Source: Abditibacteriaceae bacterium (lineage in GTDB: Bacteria; Armatimonadota; Abditibacteriia; Abditibacteriales; Abditibacteriaceae). Taken from it: a stretch of DNA of 21,075 nt. Positions within the stretch are counted from its first letter, which is position 1. Each line of letters starts with the position of its first letter. This document shows, piece after piece, positions 1 through 7,721 of the stretch. The position numbers and the translations under genes were made by a program. Location of the stretch: the NCBI GenBank assembly GCA_031425655.1, contig JANPJS010000286.1:1-21075 (forward strand), in the 5' to 3' direction. Under the pieces are notes generated by a model. That model worked only from the letters and a program-made list of their open reading frames with translations. It did no database searches and had not been told where the DNA came from.

Positions 1-68
1 TTCTGAGCTTGCGAAGAATCTATTCTTGGTGGGATGAGATAATAGATTCTTCGCAAGCTCAGAATGAC
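1..68. repeat. REP-like palindrome, left end probably cut by the window edge
   Basis: 1-24 TTCTGAGCTTGCGAAGAATCTATT is the exact reverse complement of 41-64, with a 16-nt loop. It is followed by TGAC and lies just downstream of the minus-strand HMA gene. Confidence 0.85.
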
Positions 69-120
69 AAATCTCTCACTTTTCGCCTCCGATTCTTACT
101 TTGCAAACTGATTCGCAGAA

Positions 121-675
121 TCACTTTTCGGGAAACGGCACGTTGGCTTTTTTGAGCGCTTCGGTGAGCGCTTCGAGATTGGTTTTGCTGCCGTCTATCC
201 AGGCGTTAACGGTGCCGGTGCTGACTTGCGAGCTGACCGTAGCACGCACCACGCCATCCATTTTTCCGACCACGCCATACACGGCGTAGCGACAGCCTTT
301 GCAGTCGAGCAAGCCGACTTTTATCTCTACTTTCGTCAGTTTGTCGGCTGGCAGCGAAGAAGGAGCCGTGACGTTGAAGGTGTGGTTGGAAGCGTTTAAC
401 AGCAGGTCGTTGAGCCGGTTGATGATCGCTTCGGGCGTCGGCGTTTTATTTCCGGGTAGCAGTTTCGCCGCGTCGAAGCGTAACTTGGCTTCGCCTTTGT
501 CAAAATCAAGGGCGTCAAGCTGCACATCCGGCACGGTTTTTAAAGCGGCGCGTAAGTCGTCCTGACGCTCCGGCGCACTCAATCCGACGATGCGGTAAAC
601 GCCGGTTTGTTCGTCGGCGCGCAATGGCGACACCGCGCAGAAAAACAGCGTTGCAATAAGAAGTTGGTGTTTCAT
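121..675 (-). CDS. Exported heavy-metal-associated (HMA/CopZ-like) tandem-domain protein
   Basis: 184 aa with a signal peptide (MKHQLLIATLFFCAVSPLRA). Two ferredoxin-like HMA repeats: the second has GLLDCKGC, the first is degenerate (GLSAPER). ATGA overlap with the upstream gene at 672-675. Confidence 0.85.
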   Translation of the reverse strand: MKHQLLIATLFFCAVSPLRADEQTGVYRIVGLSAPERQDDLRAALKTVPDVQLDALDFDKGEAKLRFDAAKLLPGNKTPTPEAIINRLNDLLLNASNHTFNVTAPSSLPADKLTKVEIKVGLLDCKGCRYAVYGVVGKMDGVVRATVSSQVSTGTVNAWIDGSKTNLEALTEALKKANVPFPEK

Positions 676-3368
676 CGGGTTTGAAAAAGGTTGCTCTGCA
701 CCAATTCGTGAATCAAAGTGCGAACACCGCCGCCCTGTTTTTTGGTGCGGGCCACGATGTCGTTGAGTGATTGGCGGTCGGAAAAAGCGATGTCGCGGCC
801 TGTTGAATAGATCGCGAGTTGCTGCGCGAGGTTGCGGAGCAGCGTGTGGTTGTCGGCGGCTAATATCACTTGAAGCTCCCGAATGTCGCTGAACTTGCGC
901 TCGTCGGCCAACTGCCCGCTGGAATCTACTTTCGGGCCAAGTTTGAAGCCGATGCCGATGAACGGATCAATGTTGCCGCGCGGCGCCGCATCGCCCTCGC
1001 CGATGGAACGATAGCGCGTGCGATAGCCGCCAATGACATCGAACGCTTCGAGCGCAAAGCCGGGCGGATCCATTTTTACATGGCACGAAGCGCAAGACGG
1101 ATTATCGCTGTGTTTTGCGAGTTGCTCGCGGATGGTAGTAGTTCCGCGCACGTCCGGCTCGACGGCGGCGATGTTGGGCGGCGGCGGCTCCGGCGGCTGA
1201 CCGAGAATGCGATCCATCACGAAGGCGCCGCGCGGAACGGGCGAAGTCGTGGTGCCGTTGGCCGTCACTTTCAGAATCGCCGCTTGCGTGAGGAATCCGC
1301 CGCGCGGACAACCTGTCGGCAGTTTTACTTTGCGAATATCCGGGCCGCTCACGCCTTCAATGCCATAGTGCGTGGCGAGTTTTTCGTTAATCATGGCGAA
1401 ATCGGATTTCACCAGATGGCTGGCGTCGAGGTTTTGCTCGATCAGTTCGCGGAAATAAGCGCGCGTTTCGGCGACCATCGAATCCTGCAAATACGGGCTG
1501 AATTCCGGGTAGAGCTTTTTGTCGGGATCGTTGGCGGCGATGGCGCGCAGTTTAAGCCATTGGCCGAGAAAATCTTCGGTAAAACGCTGCGATTTCTTGT
1601 GTTTCAGCAATCGCTCCACTTGTTCGCGCAGCGTTTGCGGTTGGTGCAGTTTTCCACCCGCCGCGAGTTGAGTCAGCGCGTCGTCCGGCATCGAATCCCA
1701 CAGAAAATACGACAGCCGCGATGCCAGCGCATGGTCGCTGATGCGCGCCGGATTCGCGGCGACGAGTGCGGGGCGGACACTTTTGTCGGCAGCCACTTTT
1801 TTCACGGTTTTAGCGGGAGTTGAAGCCGGTGTGTTCGCGCTATTCTCAACGTGATAAAGAAAATCCGGCGAACACAACGCCGCGCGAAAAGCGTAGCGCA
1901 TGGCGCTCTCGAAGCAGTCGCCGGCCTTCAAACGCGCCTCTACCAGACCGACATATTGTTGGCGCGTTTCGGCTGCAACCGGACGGCGAAAGGCTTTGGG
2001 CAGAAATGCCGACAGCAATTTGTCGGCGTCGGCAAGCGGCTGTGCGCTTTGCACCGTCCACAGTCCTTTGTCCGGGTCGGGGCGGTTCATTCCGCCGAGT
2101 TGCCGCACAGTTTTGCGAATCGGCGGACGCACAGCGGAGTTTGCGTCGGGTTTCCACAGCGTCAGCGGCAGGTCGCCGAACAAAACGCGGTGCGAGCGCG
2201 GCGGCCACATTTCATGGAGCGGCCCTTCGACATCGAGCCAGTCGCAGGCGATGCCGGGGCCGGTGAAGGCTAAAGCGCGGCCTTTTCGTGAGTAATTAGC
2301 GACCGGCGCCAGCGATGCCACGTTGAAGCCGATGATTTCGTTGAAATTGAGCCACGTTATCAGTTCGTGCTCCTGCGCTTCGAGCGAAGGCGCGCTGTAG
2401 TAGCCCAAAACATAGCTCGGATGCTGCCCGCCGCGCCCGTCGCCGGTCAGTTGCACGACCGAAAGCCGCGCCGCTTCGGTTCCGCGCGAGGGCAAAACCA
2501 CGCCCTTGTCCCACTGAAAACTCCACAGCGAAGTCCGCACGCGATAAAGGCCCGGATAAATCGTGACGTGATCGCTAAAATACGGATTCACTGATTCGTC
2601 TTCGTGCCGAAACAGGCCAACGCTGGCGCCGTTGCTAAATGAACCGATGCGCTCGTGCGCGCCCTGATCGAAGTGACTATAATCGCCGGCGGGCGCGAAA
2701 TCTGGGTCGGGCTTTTTGTTTTTGAGCAGCACGCCGTCGCCGTTGCCGATGACGTGCGCCACGGAACCGGCGGGATTCGCCAGCGAAATGCGCCGCTTTT
2801 GCACCGTTGGCGCTTGTGGCTGCGTGGCGATGGCCAAATCGAGCGCGTAATCGGCGGCGGCAAGGTATTTCGCCAGATTGACGTGCGAAATATCCAACGC
2901 ATCGCTGTTTTTGTCGAAGCCGTGCGCCGAGCCGTCTGTCGGCAACTCGCCCGCTAAAGCGAGGCCCGGCATATCGAACAAATCGCGCAGCGTGTTTTCA
3001 TATTCGACGCGCGTAAGGCGGCGCACTCCGGTGCGATTCTGCGCGTCCAACCGCGCGCTTTCCGCTTTGCTAATCGCACTGGACAGCCAGCCTGTTACGG
3101 CCTTGATTTCAATCGGTGAAGGGCGCGGTTTCTTCTTAGGCGGCATTTCGCCCGACGCGATTCGGTCATGCACTTTCACCCAGCGCGCCCGCGTTTCCGC
3201 GTCGGCGAAGTCCATTTTGAGCGCGCTCAAATCGAGGTTGCCCTTCGGCGTTTCGGAATCGTGGCAACTGACGCAGTGCTTGGCCAAAAACGCCTTCGAG
3301 GGCGCTTCGGCAGCGTGCAAAGCCGCAGTCGTCGCCAAAAGAGCAATAACGGCGAGGACGTTTTTCAT
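672..3368 (-). CDS. DUF1592/DUF1588/DUF1595/DUF1587/DUF1585-family exported protein with c-type heme motifs (planctomycete cytochrome c type)
   Basis: Signal peptide from MKNVLAV (ATG 3368 preferred over 3425). N-terminal CVSCH...MPP, RRLTRVEYENTLRDL, ALASRLSYFLW, F.GQWL, RGGFLTQA, TSPVPRG, C-terminal CASCH..MDPPGFALE.FD.IG. Confidence 0.93.
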   Translation of the reverse strand: MKNVLAVIALLATTAALHAAEAPSKAFLAKHCVSCHDSETPKGNLDLSALKMDFADAETRARWVKVHDRIASGEMPPKKKPRPSPIEIKAVTGWLSSAISKAESARLDAQNRTGVRRLTRVEYENTLRDLFDMPGLALAGELPTDGSAHGFDKNSDALDISHVNLAKYLAAADYALDLAIATQPQAPTVQKRRISLANPAGSVAHVIGNGDGVLLKNKKPDPDFAPAGDYSHFDQGAHERIGSFSNGASVGLFRHEDESVNPYFSDHVTIYPGLYRVRTSLWSFQWDKGVVLPSRGTEAARLSVVQLTGDGRGGQHPSYVLGYYSAPSLEAQEHELITWLNFNEIIGFNVASLAPVANYSRKGRALAFTGPGIACDWLDVEGPLHEMWPPRSHRVLFGDLPLTLWKPDANSAVRPPIRKTVRQLGGMNRPDPDKGLWTVQSAQPLADADKLLSAFLPKAFRRPVAAETRQQYVGLVEARLKAGDCFESAMRYAFRAALCSPDFLYHVENSANTPASTPAKTVKKVAADKSVRPALVAANPARISDHALASRLSYFLWDSMPDDALTQLAAGGKLHQPQTLREQVERLLKHKKSQRFTEDFLGQWLKLRAIAANDPDKKLYPEFSPYLQDSMVAETRAYFRELIEQNLDASHLVKSDFAMINEKLATHYGIEGVSGPDIRKVKLPTGCPRGGFLTQAAILKVTANGTTTSPVPRGAFVMDRILGQPPEPPPPNIAAVEPDVRGTTTIREQLAKHSDNPSCASCHVKMDPPGFALEAFDVIGGYRTRYRSIGEGDAAPRGNIDPFIGIGFKLGPKVDSSGQLADERKFSDIRELQVILAADNHTLLRNLAQQLAIYSTGRDIAFSDRQSLNDIVARTKKQGGGVRTLIHELVQSNLFQTR

Positions 3369-3476
3369 GGCTATAGTGTCTCTTAATCCAGCCACGCTGC
3401 AACAAAAGATGAAAGTTTCAACCACGGCATTTTAACTACTCTGCTACGCGGTGAAACTATGGTTGCGGTGCAAAGA

Positions 3477-3622
3477 GCCACCCGGCGATAAATCACCGGG
3501 CTGAAACACAAAGCCCCTGCGGGGCTGTGCAGTGCGGCTGTGCTGTGCGGCTGTGGGAACAGTGTTTGGGTGAGCCTCGAAGAGGCTTGGTATTTCAGCC
3601 TGGTGATTTATCGCCGGGTGGC
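3477..3622. repeat. REP doublet (REPIN-like) element
   Basis: 30-bp arms 3477-3506 and 3593-3622 are inverted with 1 mismatch, and each arm is itself a hairpin (CCCGGCGAT-AA-ATCACCGGG). Inner hairpins AGCCCCTGCGGGGCT and AGCCTCGAAGAGGCT. The spacer has a short GGCTGTGC(A/T)GTGC tandem. Confidence 0.85.
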
Positions 3623-3697
3623 ACAAGCACAACCCCTCATGCGTTTGCCCTCTCCCCACCACAACATGAGTTAACGACTCTGCGACGCGAACTTCGG

Positions 3698-3929
3698 CTA
3701 CTTAATCTGGCCAGTGAAGGCCCTTTGCACTTCGGCCTCGCTGATGCTGACATTGCACCGGGCGCCAGTGTCGGCCAGCATCTTTTGCGCCAGCATTTTC
3801 GTGAGCGGCGCGACAATGTTAAAGTGGTTGCCTCCTTTGACGGCGAAGGATTTGAGTCAAGTTCCATGAGCCTGCGATCATCAAAGTTGCGATCACTACG
3901 GCATTTAAACCATTCCTGCGCTTCGTCAT
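3698..3929 (-). pseudogene. Internally deleted remnant of a secreted alpha/beta-hydrolase (S9 peptidase-like)
   Basis: ATG 3929 gives a signal-peptide-like MTKRRNGLNAVVIATLMIAGSWNLTQ. A different frame, 3856-3698, reads LKSFAVKGGNHFNIVAPLTKMLAQKMLADTGARCNVSISEAEVQRAFTGQIK*, resembling the catalytic-His C-terminus (GGxHF) of alpha/beta-hydrolases. Confidence 0.65.
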
Positions 3930-4219
3930 AAATCTACCTTGTGTCAATATCAATTTCGCGGTTTTGGCACGAACCGCACAGAGTTTCGTTCCGTGAGGCG
4001 CATGAGTGCCGGAATCTGACTGCCTCGACATGGCCCGATAACACACGGTCACCGGGCTGTATTTCACGTCGGCTCGCGCAAGCAGCGAAAGCCGTGCCTT
4101 AATCCTTGACAACTCGCACCGAGTGCGACAATCCGTGTCAGAACAGTTCTAAGCTGCCAGTTGTTGTAAAAACTCCGAGCTTTTAGAAATGAAATCGAAC
4201 CTCAGCAAGCCCAGTCATT

Positions 4220-6280
4220 ATGAATACAATTCCTGACCTACCCCAGGCAACGCCGCGCGCTGCGAGACCCCGCTGGCAAAAAGGCCTTTCTATCGCTGTG
4301 GTTGTCACGCTCATTGTCGCGGCTTTAGCAATGCAATTTCAAGCGGTAAAGCGCCGCCTGCCTTTCGGAAATCCACAGTTGAAGCCAATGCGCTTCGTGC
4401 AAATTACGGGACGCGCCGAAACACTGGTTTTCTCGCCGGATGGAAAAACTTTGATGGTCAGTGGCGGCGGTCGCAGCAATTTCATCCAGACTTCAACCGG
4501 TCGGGTGCTTCGCTCCTGGGACGGCGGCGGTTATGATGCACGCTGGTCGTCGGATGGCCGCCGAGTGATGGAGCGCAATTTTGATTACAAAGAAATGCTG
4601 ACGAAGGTGATCTTGCGCGATGCCGGCAGCGGGCGCGTTCTCCACCAATGGACGGTGCCAGTCGGTAGCAGTTTCAGTGACGTTTCGCGCGACCTGACAA
4701 GGTTTATAACTTATGATTACACAAGTAAAACCTTCCACGTTTGCGATGCGGCAACAGGACGAGTTTTGGCGACTGCTCCCTTTTCGTATGCGAGCAGATT
4801 CAATGTGCGCTTCTCGCGCAATGGCCGTTGGGTGTCCGTGCCAAAAGCAGATGGCGCGTCACAGGTTCTGCGCACCGATAATCTTCGGCCCGCCTTTCCA
4901 CAAATTCACTTTCCACCATTGGCCTACTTGGTCGTTGCACGCGATGGACAGCGCATAGTTGGCCTTGATGGCAAAAACGCGACGTTGCATTTTTGGCAGT
5001 TGCCTTCCGGCGCGCACAGCACTCAAAGCACCGGATTTGTCAGCGCGGATTGGCTTTACACGCTCCAAAACGGCAATTTGGTGCTTCAGGCACAGCAGCA
5101 AGAGAAACAAGAAAAGTCTCGCACTACCACCAGTGTTATTCAGGTGCGCTCGGCGGATGGCAGCCGTGTGCTGCACGAGGCATCGGGACGCCCCGACGCG
5201 TTTTCATCGGAAGGCCAGGTTATCGGCATACCTGGCGTGCAGCGTGATATCAGAGGCTTTTCTGACGGCACAACGCATTTTTACGATATATCCGACCTCG
5301 CCACCGGCACGCCCATTGGACGACTTGATGTCGCAACCGACCCGTTAGGCCAAACCTACAAGACTTTCGGTGCCTCCAATTTGAAGCTTGCTATCGCGCC
5401 TCTCGGACGTGGCTTTGCCGTCGGCGACACTGCGGGCATGGTGCGTTTTTACGACGCGAGCAATGCGACCGGGCTACGCTCAACCGGCGCAATCTCCACT
5501 GCGGAGGGGAGAATCGCGCCGGAGGGTGCCCAAGTTCTCGGCACTTCCAGCGCGCCGCAAGTTTCTACAACGCGCGATGGCACTGTAACGACGATGGGAG
5601 CGGACGCGGACGAAGTTCCACTGTCTGGCGTAACCATGAAAAGCGGTGGGACGGAGTTTGATGTGCAATATCAATCAGCATCGCCCGATGGCCGCAAAAG
5701 TGTCTGGTTTTGCCAGCCTAAACCGCCGGTTCAAAACGCTAAGCCTAAGCCCAATCGCGCTACCAGACGCTTAGCCATGATTCGCCCACGCATCGAAGTG
5801 CGCGATTCGACCGGGCGAGTCTTGAATACCTTACAGATTCTGGGAGACCCTAATAACTTGATGAGCGGAGGCACGTTTAACAAGCCGTCATGGTCGCCTG
5901 ACGGTTCTTTATTCGCCGTATCCGATCAAGTGGGCCGTGTATTTTGGTGGAATATCCGAAGCGGTCAACTGCTCGGTCAACTTTCCGGCGCCCGCGCTCA
6001 CTTCAAGGACGGCAGGAGAGGTGGCCCAATGATTATGTTGATGTTTAACTCGGCGGCGCGCCTTGCCTTTTCGCCGGACAATCGTCATTTGGCCGCAGGG
6101 CGCAATGATGGCTCAATCTACCTCTACGATCTGCAAACTCGCCTGCCGGTCGCGCAAATCGGTAAAGCGGCGAATCAACTTCACAAACTGGCTTTTTCCA
6201 CCAATGGCCGCACGGTTTATGGCATCCCATTAAACGGTAAGGATGTGCTGGCTTGGGATGCGCCGAAATTGCAGCAATAA
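4220..6280 (+). CDS. Membrane-anchored WD40/beta-propeller repeat protein
   Basis: 686 aa with an N-terminal TM helix (LSIAVVVTLIVAALAM). Repeated FSPDG/WSPDG/FSPDN...W/YD motifs. Confidence 0.9.
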   Translation: MNTIPDLPQATPRAARPRWQKGLSIAVVVTLIVAALAMQFQAVKRRLPFGNPQLKPMRFVQITGRAETLVFSPDGKTLMVSGGGRSNFIQTSTGRVLRSWDGGGYDARWSSDGRRVMERNFDYKEMLTKVILRDAGSGRVLHQWTVPVGSSFSDVSRDLTRFITYDYTSKTFHVCDAATGRVLATAPFSYASRFNVRFSRNGRWVSVPKADGASQVLRTDNLRPAFPQIHFPPLAYLVVARDGQRIVGLDGKNATLHFWQLPSGAHSTQSTGFVSADWLYTLQNGNLVLQAQQQEKQEKSRTTTSVIQVRSADGSRVLHEASGRPDAFSSEGQVIGIPGVQRDIRGFSDGTTHFYDISDLATGTPIGRLDVATDPLGQTYKTFGASNLKLAIAPLGRGFAVGDTAGMVRFYDASNATGLRSTGAISTAEGRIAPEGAQVLGTSSAPQVSTTRDGTVTTMGADADEVPLSGVTMKSGGTEFDVQYQSASPDGRKSVWFCQPKPPVQNAKPKPNRATRRLAMIRPRIEVRDSTGRVLNTLQILGDPNNLMSGGTFNKPSWSPDGSLFAVSDQVGRVFWWNIRSGQLLGQLSGARAHFKDGRRGGPMIMLMFNSAARLAFSPDNRHLAAGRNDGSIYLYDLQTRLPVAQIGKAANQLHKLAFSTNGRTVYGIPLNGKDVLAWDAPKLQQ

Positions 6281-6491
6281 TTCATAACCGGCTAACGACA
6301 TTGAAAATCAAGGGTGAGCGAAGGGACTGCTGGCTCGTGCGTTGGATTTTGTTCAGGTGATTTAACCAACTGAAAAAGCGCCGCCAAAGCGCTGAGTTGC
6401 ACCGCGTTTGTCAAACTGAGAGCGACACGCGCGACTGCGACCCTTGAAACTGCGCTGTCGGAAGTTGGATAAATTGATCGGAGACTACACC

Positions 6492-7295
6492 ATGAAAAGA
6501 CGAGATTTCGTAAGCACATCACTTGCCGCCGCGTCCGCGCTGGGTTTGGCACAGGCGCCCGTTTCGGCGGCGGACAACGCCATCGGCATCGGTCAGGAAT
6601 TTTACGAACTGCGCACTTACACCTTAAAACCGGGCGTAGAGCCAAATAACCTGCATAATTTTCTGCGCGACGCGGCGATTCCGGCCTGGAACCGCTTAGG
6701 CAGCCGCTCCATCGGTGTTTTTTCTCCGCGCGATGCCGCCGAATCGCCGATGCTTTACGTTCTCATTCCGCACGCATCGCTGGAAGCCTTCGCAACCGCG
6801 CCAAGCCGGTTGGCGGCGGATGCCGATTACCTGACGGCGGGCGCGGCCTATTTAGACTTGCCTGCCGCTGATGCGGCTTATGTGCGCTTTGAAAGCTCGC
6901 TGCTGCGCGCCTTTGCCGGAATGCCCCGCCTTGTCTTGCCGCCCTTTTCCGCCGAAAAGAAAGCGCGCCTTTTTGAATTGCGCACCTATGAAAGTCACAG
7001 TGAAAAAGCGGCTCTCAAAAAGATTGAGATGTTCAATCAAGGTGAAATCGAGATCATGCGGCGTGCGGCGCTGGGGCCGGTTTTCTTCGGGGAAATGATT
7101 ATCGGGACGCGGCTGCCGAATCTGACGTATCTGCTGTCGGCGGAAAGCGCCGAGTTGCATAAGCAGCATTGGAGCGCCTTCGTTGGCGATGCGGAGTGGA
7201 AAAAAATCAGCGCGATTCCTGAATACGCCAACTCGAAGATCATCTCCAAGATTACGAGCAAGTTCCTGGTGCCGACGCCGTATTCGCAGATTTGA
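6492..7295 (+). CDS. Tat-exported NIPSNAP-family protein (two domains)
   Basis: GGAGA RBS before ATG 6492. Twin-arginine MKRRDFV signal. YELRTY and FELRTYES motifs, PNLTYL, C-terminal PTPYSQI. Confidence 0.9.
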   Translation: MKRRDFVSTSLAAASALGLAQAPVSAADNAIGIGQEFYELRTYTLKPGVEPNNLHNFLRDAAIPAWNRLGSRSIGVFSPRDAAESPMLYVLIPHASLEAFATAPSRLAADADYLTAGAAYLDLPAADAAYVRFESSLLRAFAGMPRLVLPPFSAEKKARLFELRTYESHSEKAALKKIEMFNQGEIEIMRRAALGPVFFGEMIIGTRLPNLTYLLSAESAELHKQHWSAFVGDAEWKKISAIPEYANSKIISKITSKFLVPTPYSQI

Positions 7296-7342
7296 TGAAA
7301 ACCGCCGCATCGCGAGAAAATAATCAGGAGAAACGACACCAA

Positions 7343-7447
7343 ATGTAACAAAGAGGCTGCTGTATTATTCTTCCTTGTGGATGCGTGTTGCCATTGCTGC
7401 TGTTGTTGATAAGCAGTGTAGTGGCACTGGCCCGCGCTTTCTTTTGA
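7343..7447 (+). pseudogene. Small Cys-rich membrane peptide gene interrupted by TAA at codon 2
   Basis: AGGAGA upstream. Reads M*QRGCCIILPCGCVLPLLLLLISSVVALARAFF*. Confidence 0.5.
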
Positions 7448-7462
7448 CGCATCCCCGTATGG

Positions 7463-7660
7463 CAGGGCAATCGCATGAGGATTTTTCGGAGGCTTTCCTG
7501 AGTGCCCGGCGAATAAATTCGCGGCAACAACGCCGCAAAGTCGCCCTGCGGCGACTAAAAACTCAGAAAAGAGTCCGCGCAGGCGGACTTCGGGTGCCCT
7601 TTGGGCAGGAAGTGGTTGCCGCGAATTTATTCGCCGGGCAGTTCTCATGCGATTGCCCTG
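7463..7660. mobile_element. MITE with ISAs1-like termini carrying a REP doublet
   Basis: Perfect 17-bp TIRs CAGGGCAATCGCATGAG (7463-7479 / 7644-7660). Perfect 10-bp flanking direct repeat CCCCGTATGG (7453-7462 / 7661-7670). No ORF with transposase character. Confidence 0.85.
7503..7640. repeat. REP doublet (REPIN-like) inside the MITE
   Basis: TGCCCGGCGAATAAATTCGCGGCAAC (7503-7528) is perfectly inverted at 7615-7640. Inner hairpins AGTCGCCCTGCGGCGACT, AGTCCGCGCAGGCGGACT and TGCCCTTTGGGCA. Confidence 0.88.
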
Positions 7661-7721
7661 CCCCGTATGGCAACCTGATTTGCTGCCTACCGGCCATTGA
7701 AATCGCTGTTATCAGCGAGGT

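Noticed and set aside
870..3435. Long plus-strand ORFs antisense to the DUF1592 gene (870-1823, 2878-3435 and others), and similar shadow ORFs across the window
   Set aside because: They are antisense or alternate-frame shadows of well-supported genes in GC-rich DNA and have no recognisable motifs.
3444..3931. ORFs 3444-3662, 3527-3931 and 3637-3867 as a possible REP-associated transposase
   Set aside because: No HUH or catalytic Tyr motifs. They are translations of repeat DNA and of the wrong frames of the hydrolase remnant.
3965..3981. TGGCACG as a sigma-54 -24 box (also on the minus strand near 10339)
   Set aside because: The TTGC -12 element is absent at the required spacing.
4106..4132. 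TTGACA followed by palindrome TCGCAC-CGA-GTGCGA as a sigma-70 promoter or CIRCE element
   Set aside because: The -10 candidate GACAAT is only 15 nt away and non-consensus, and the palindrome lacks the CIRCE 9-nt spacer. Plausible but unsupported.
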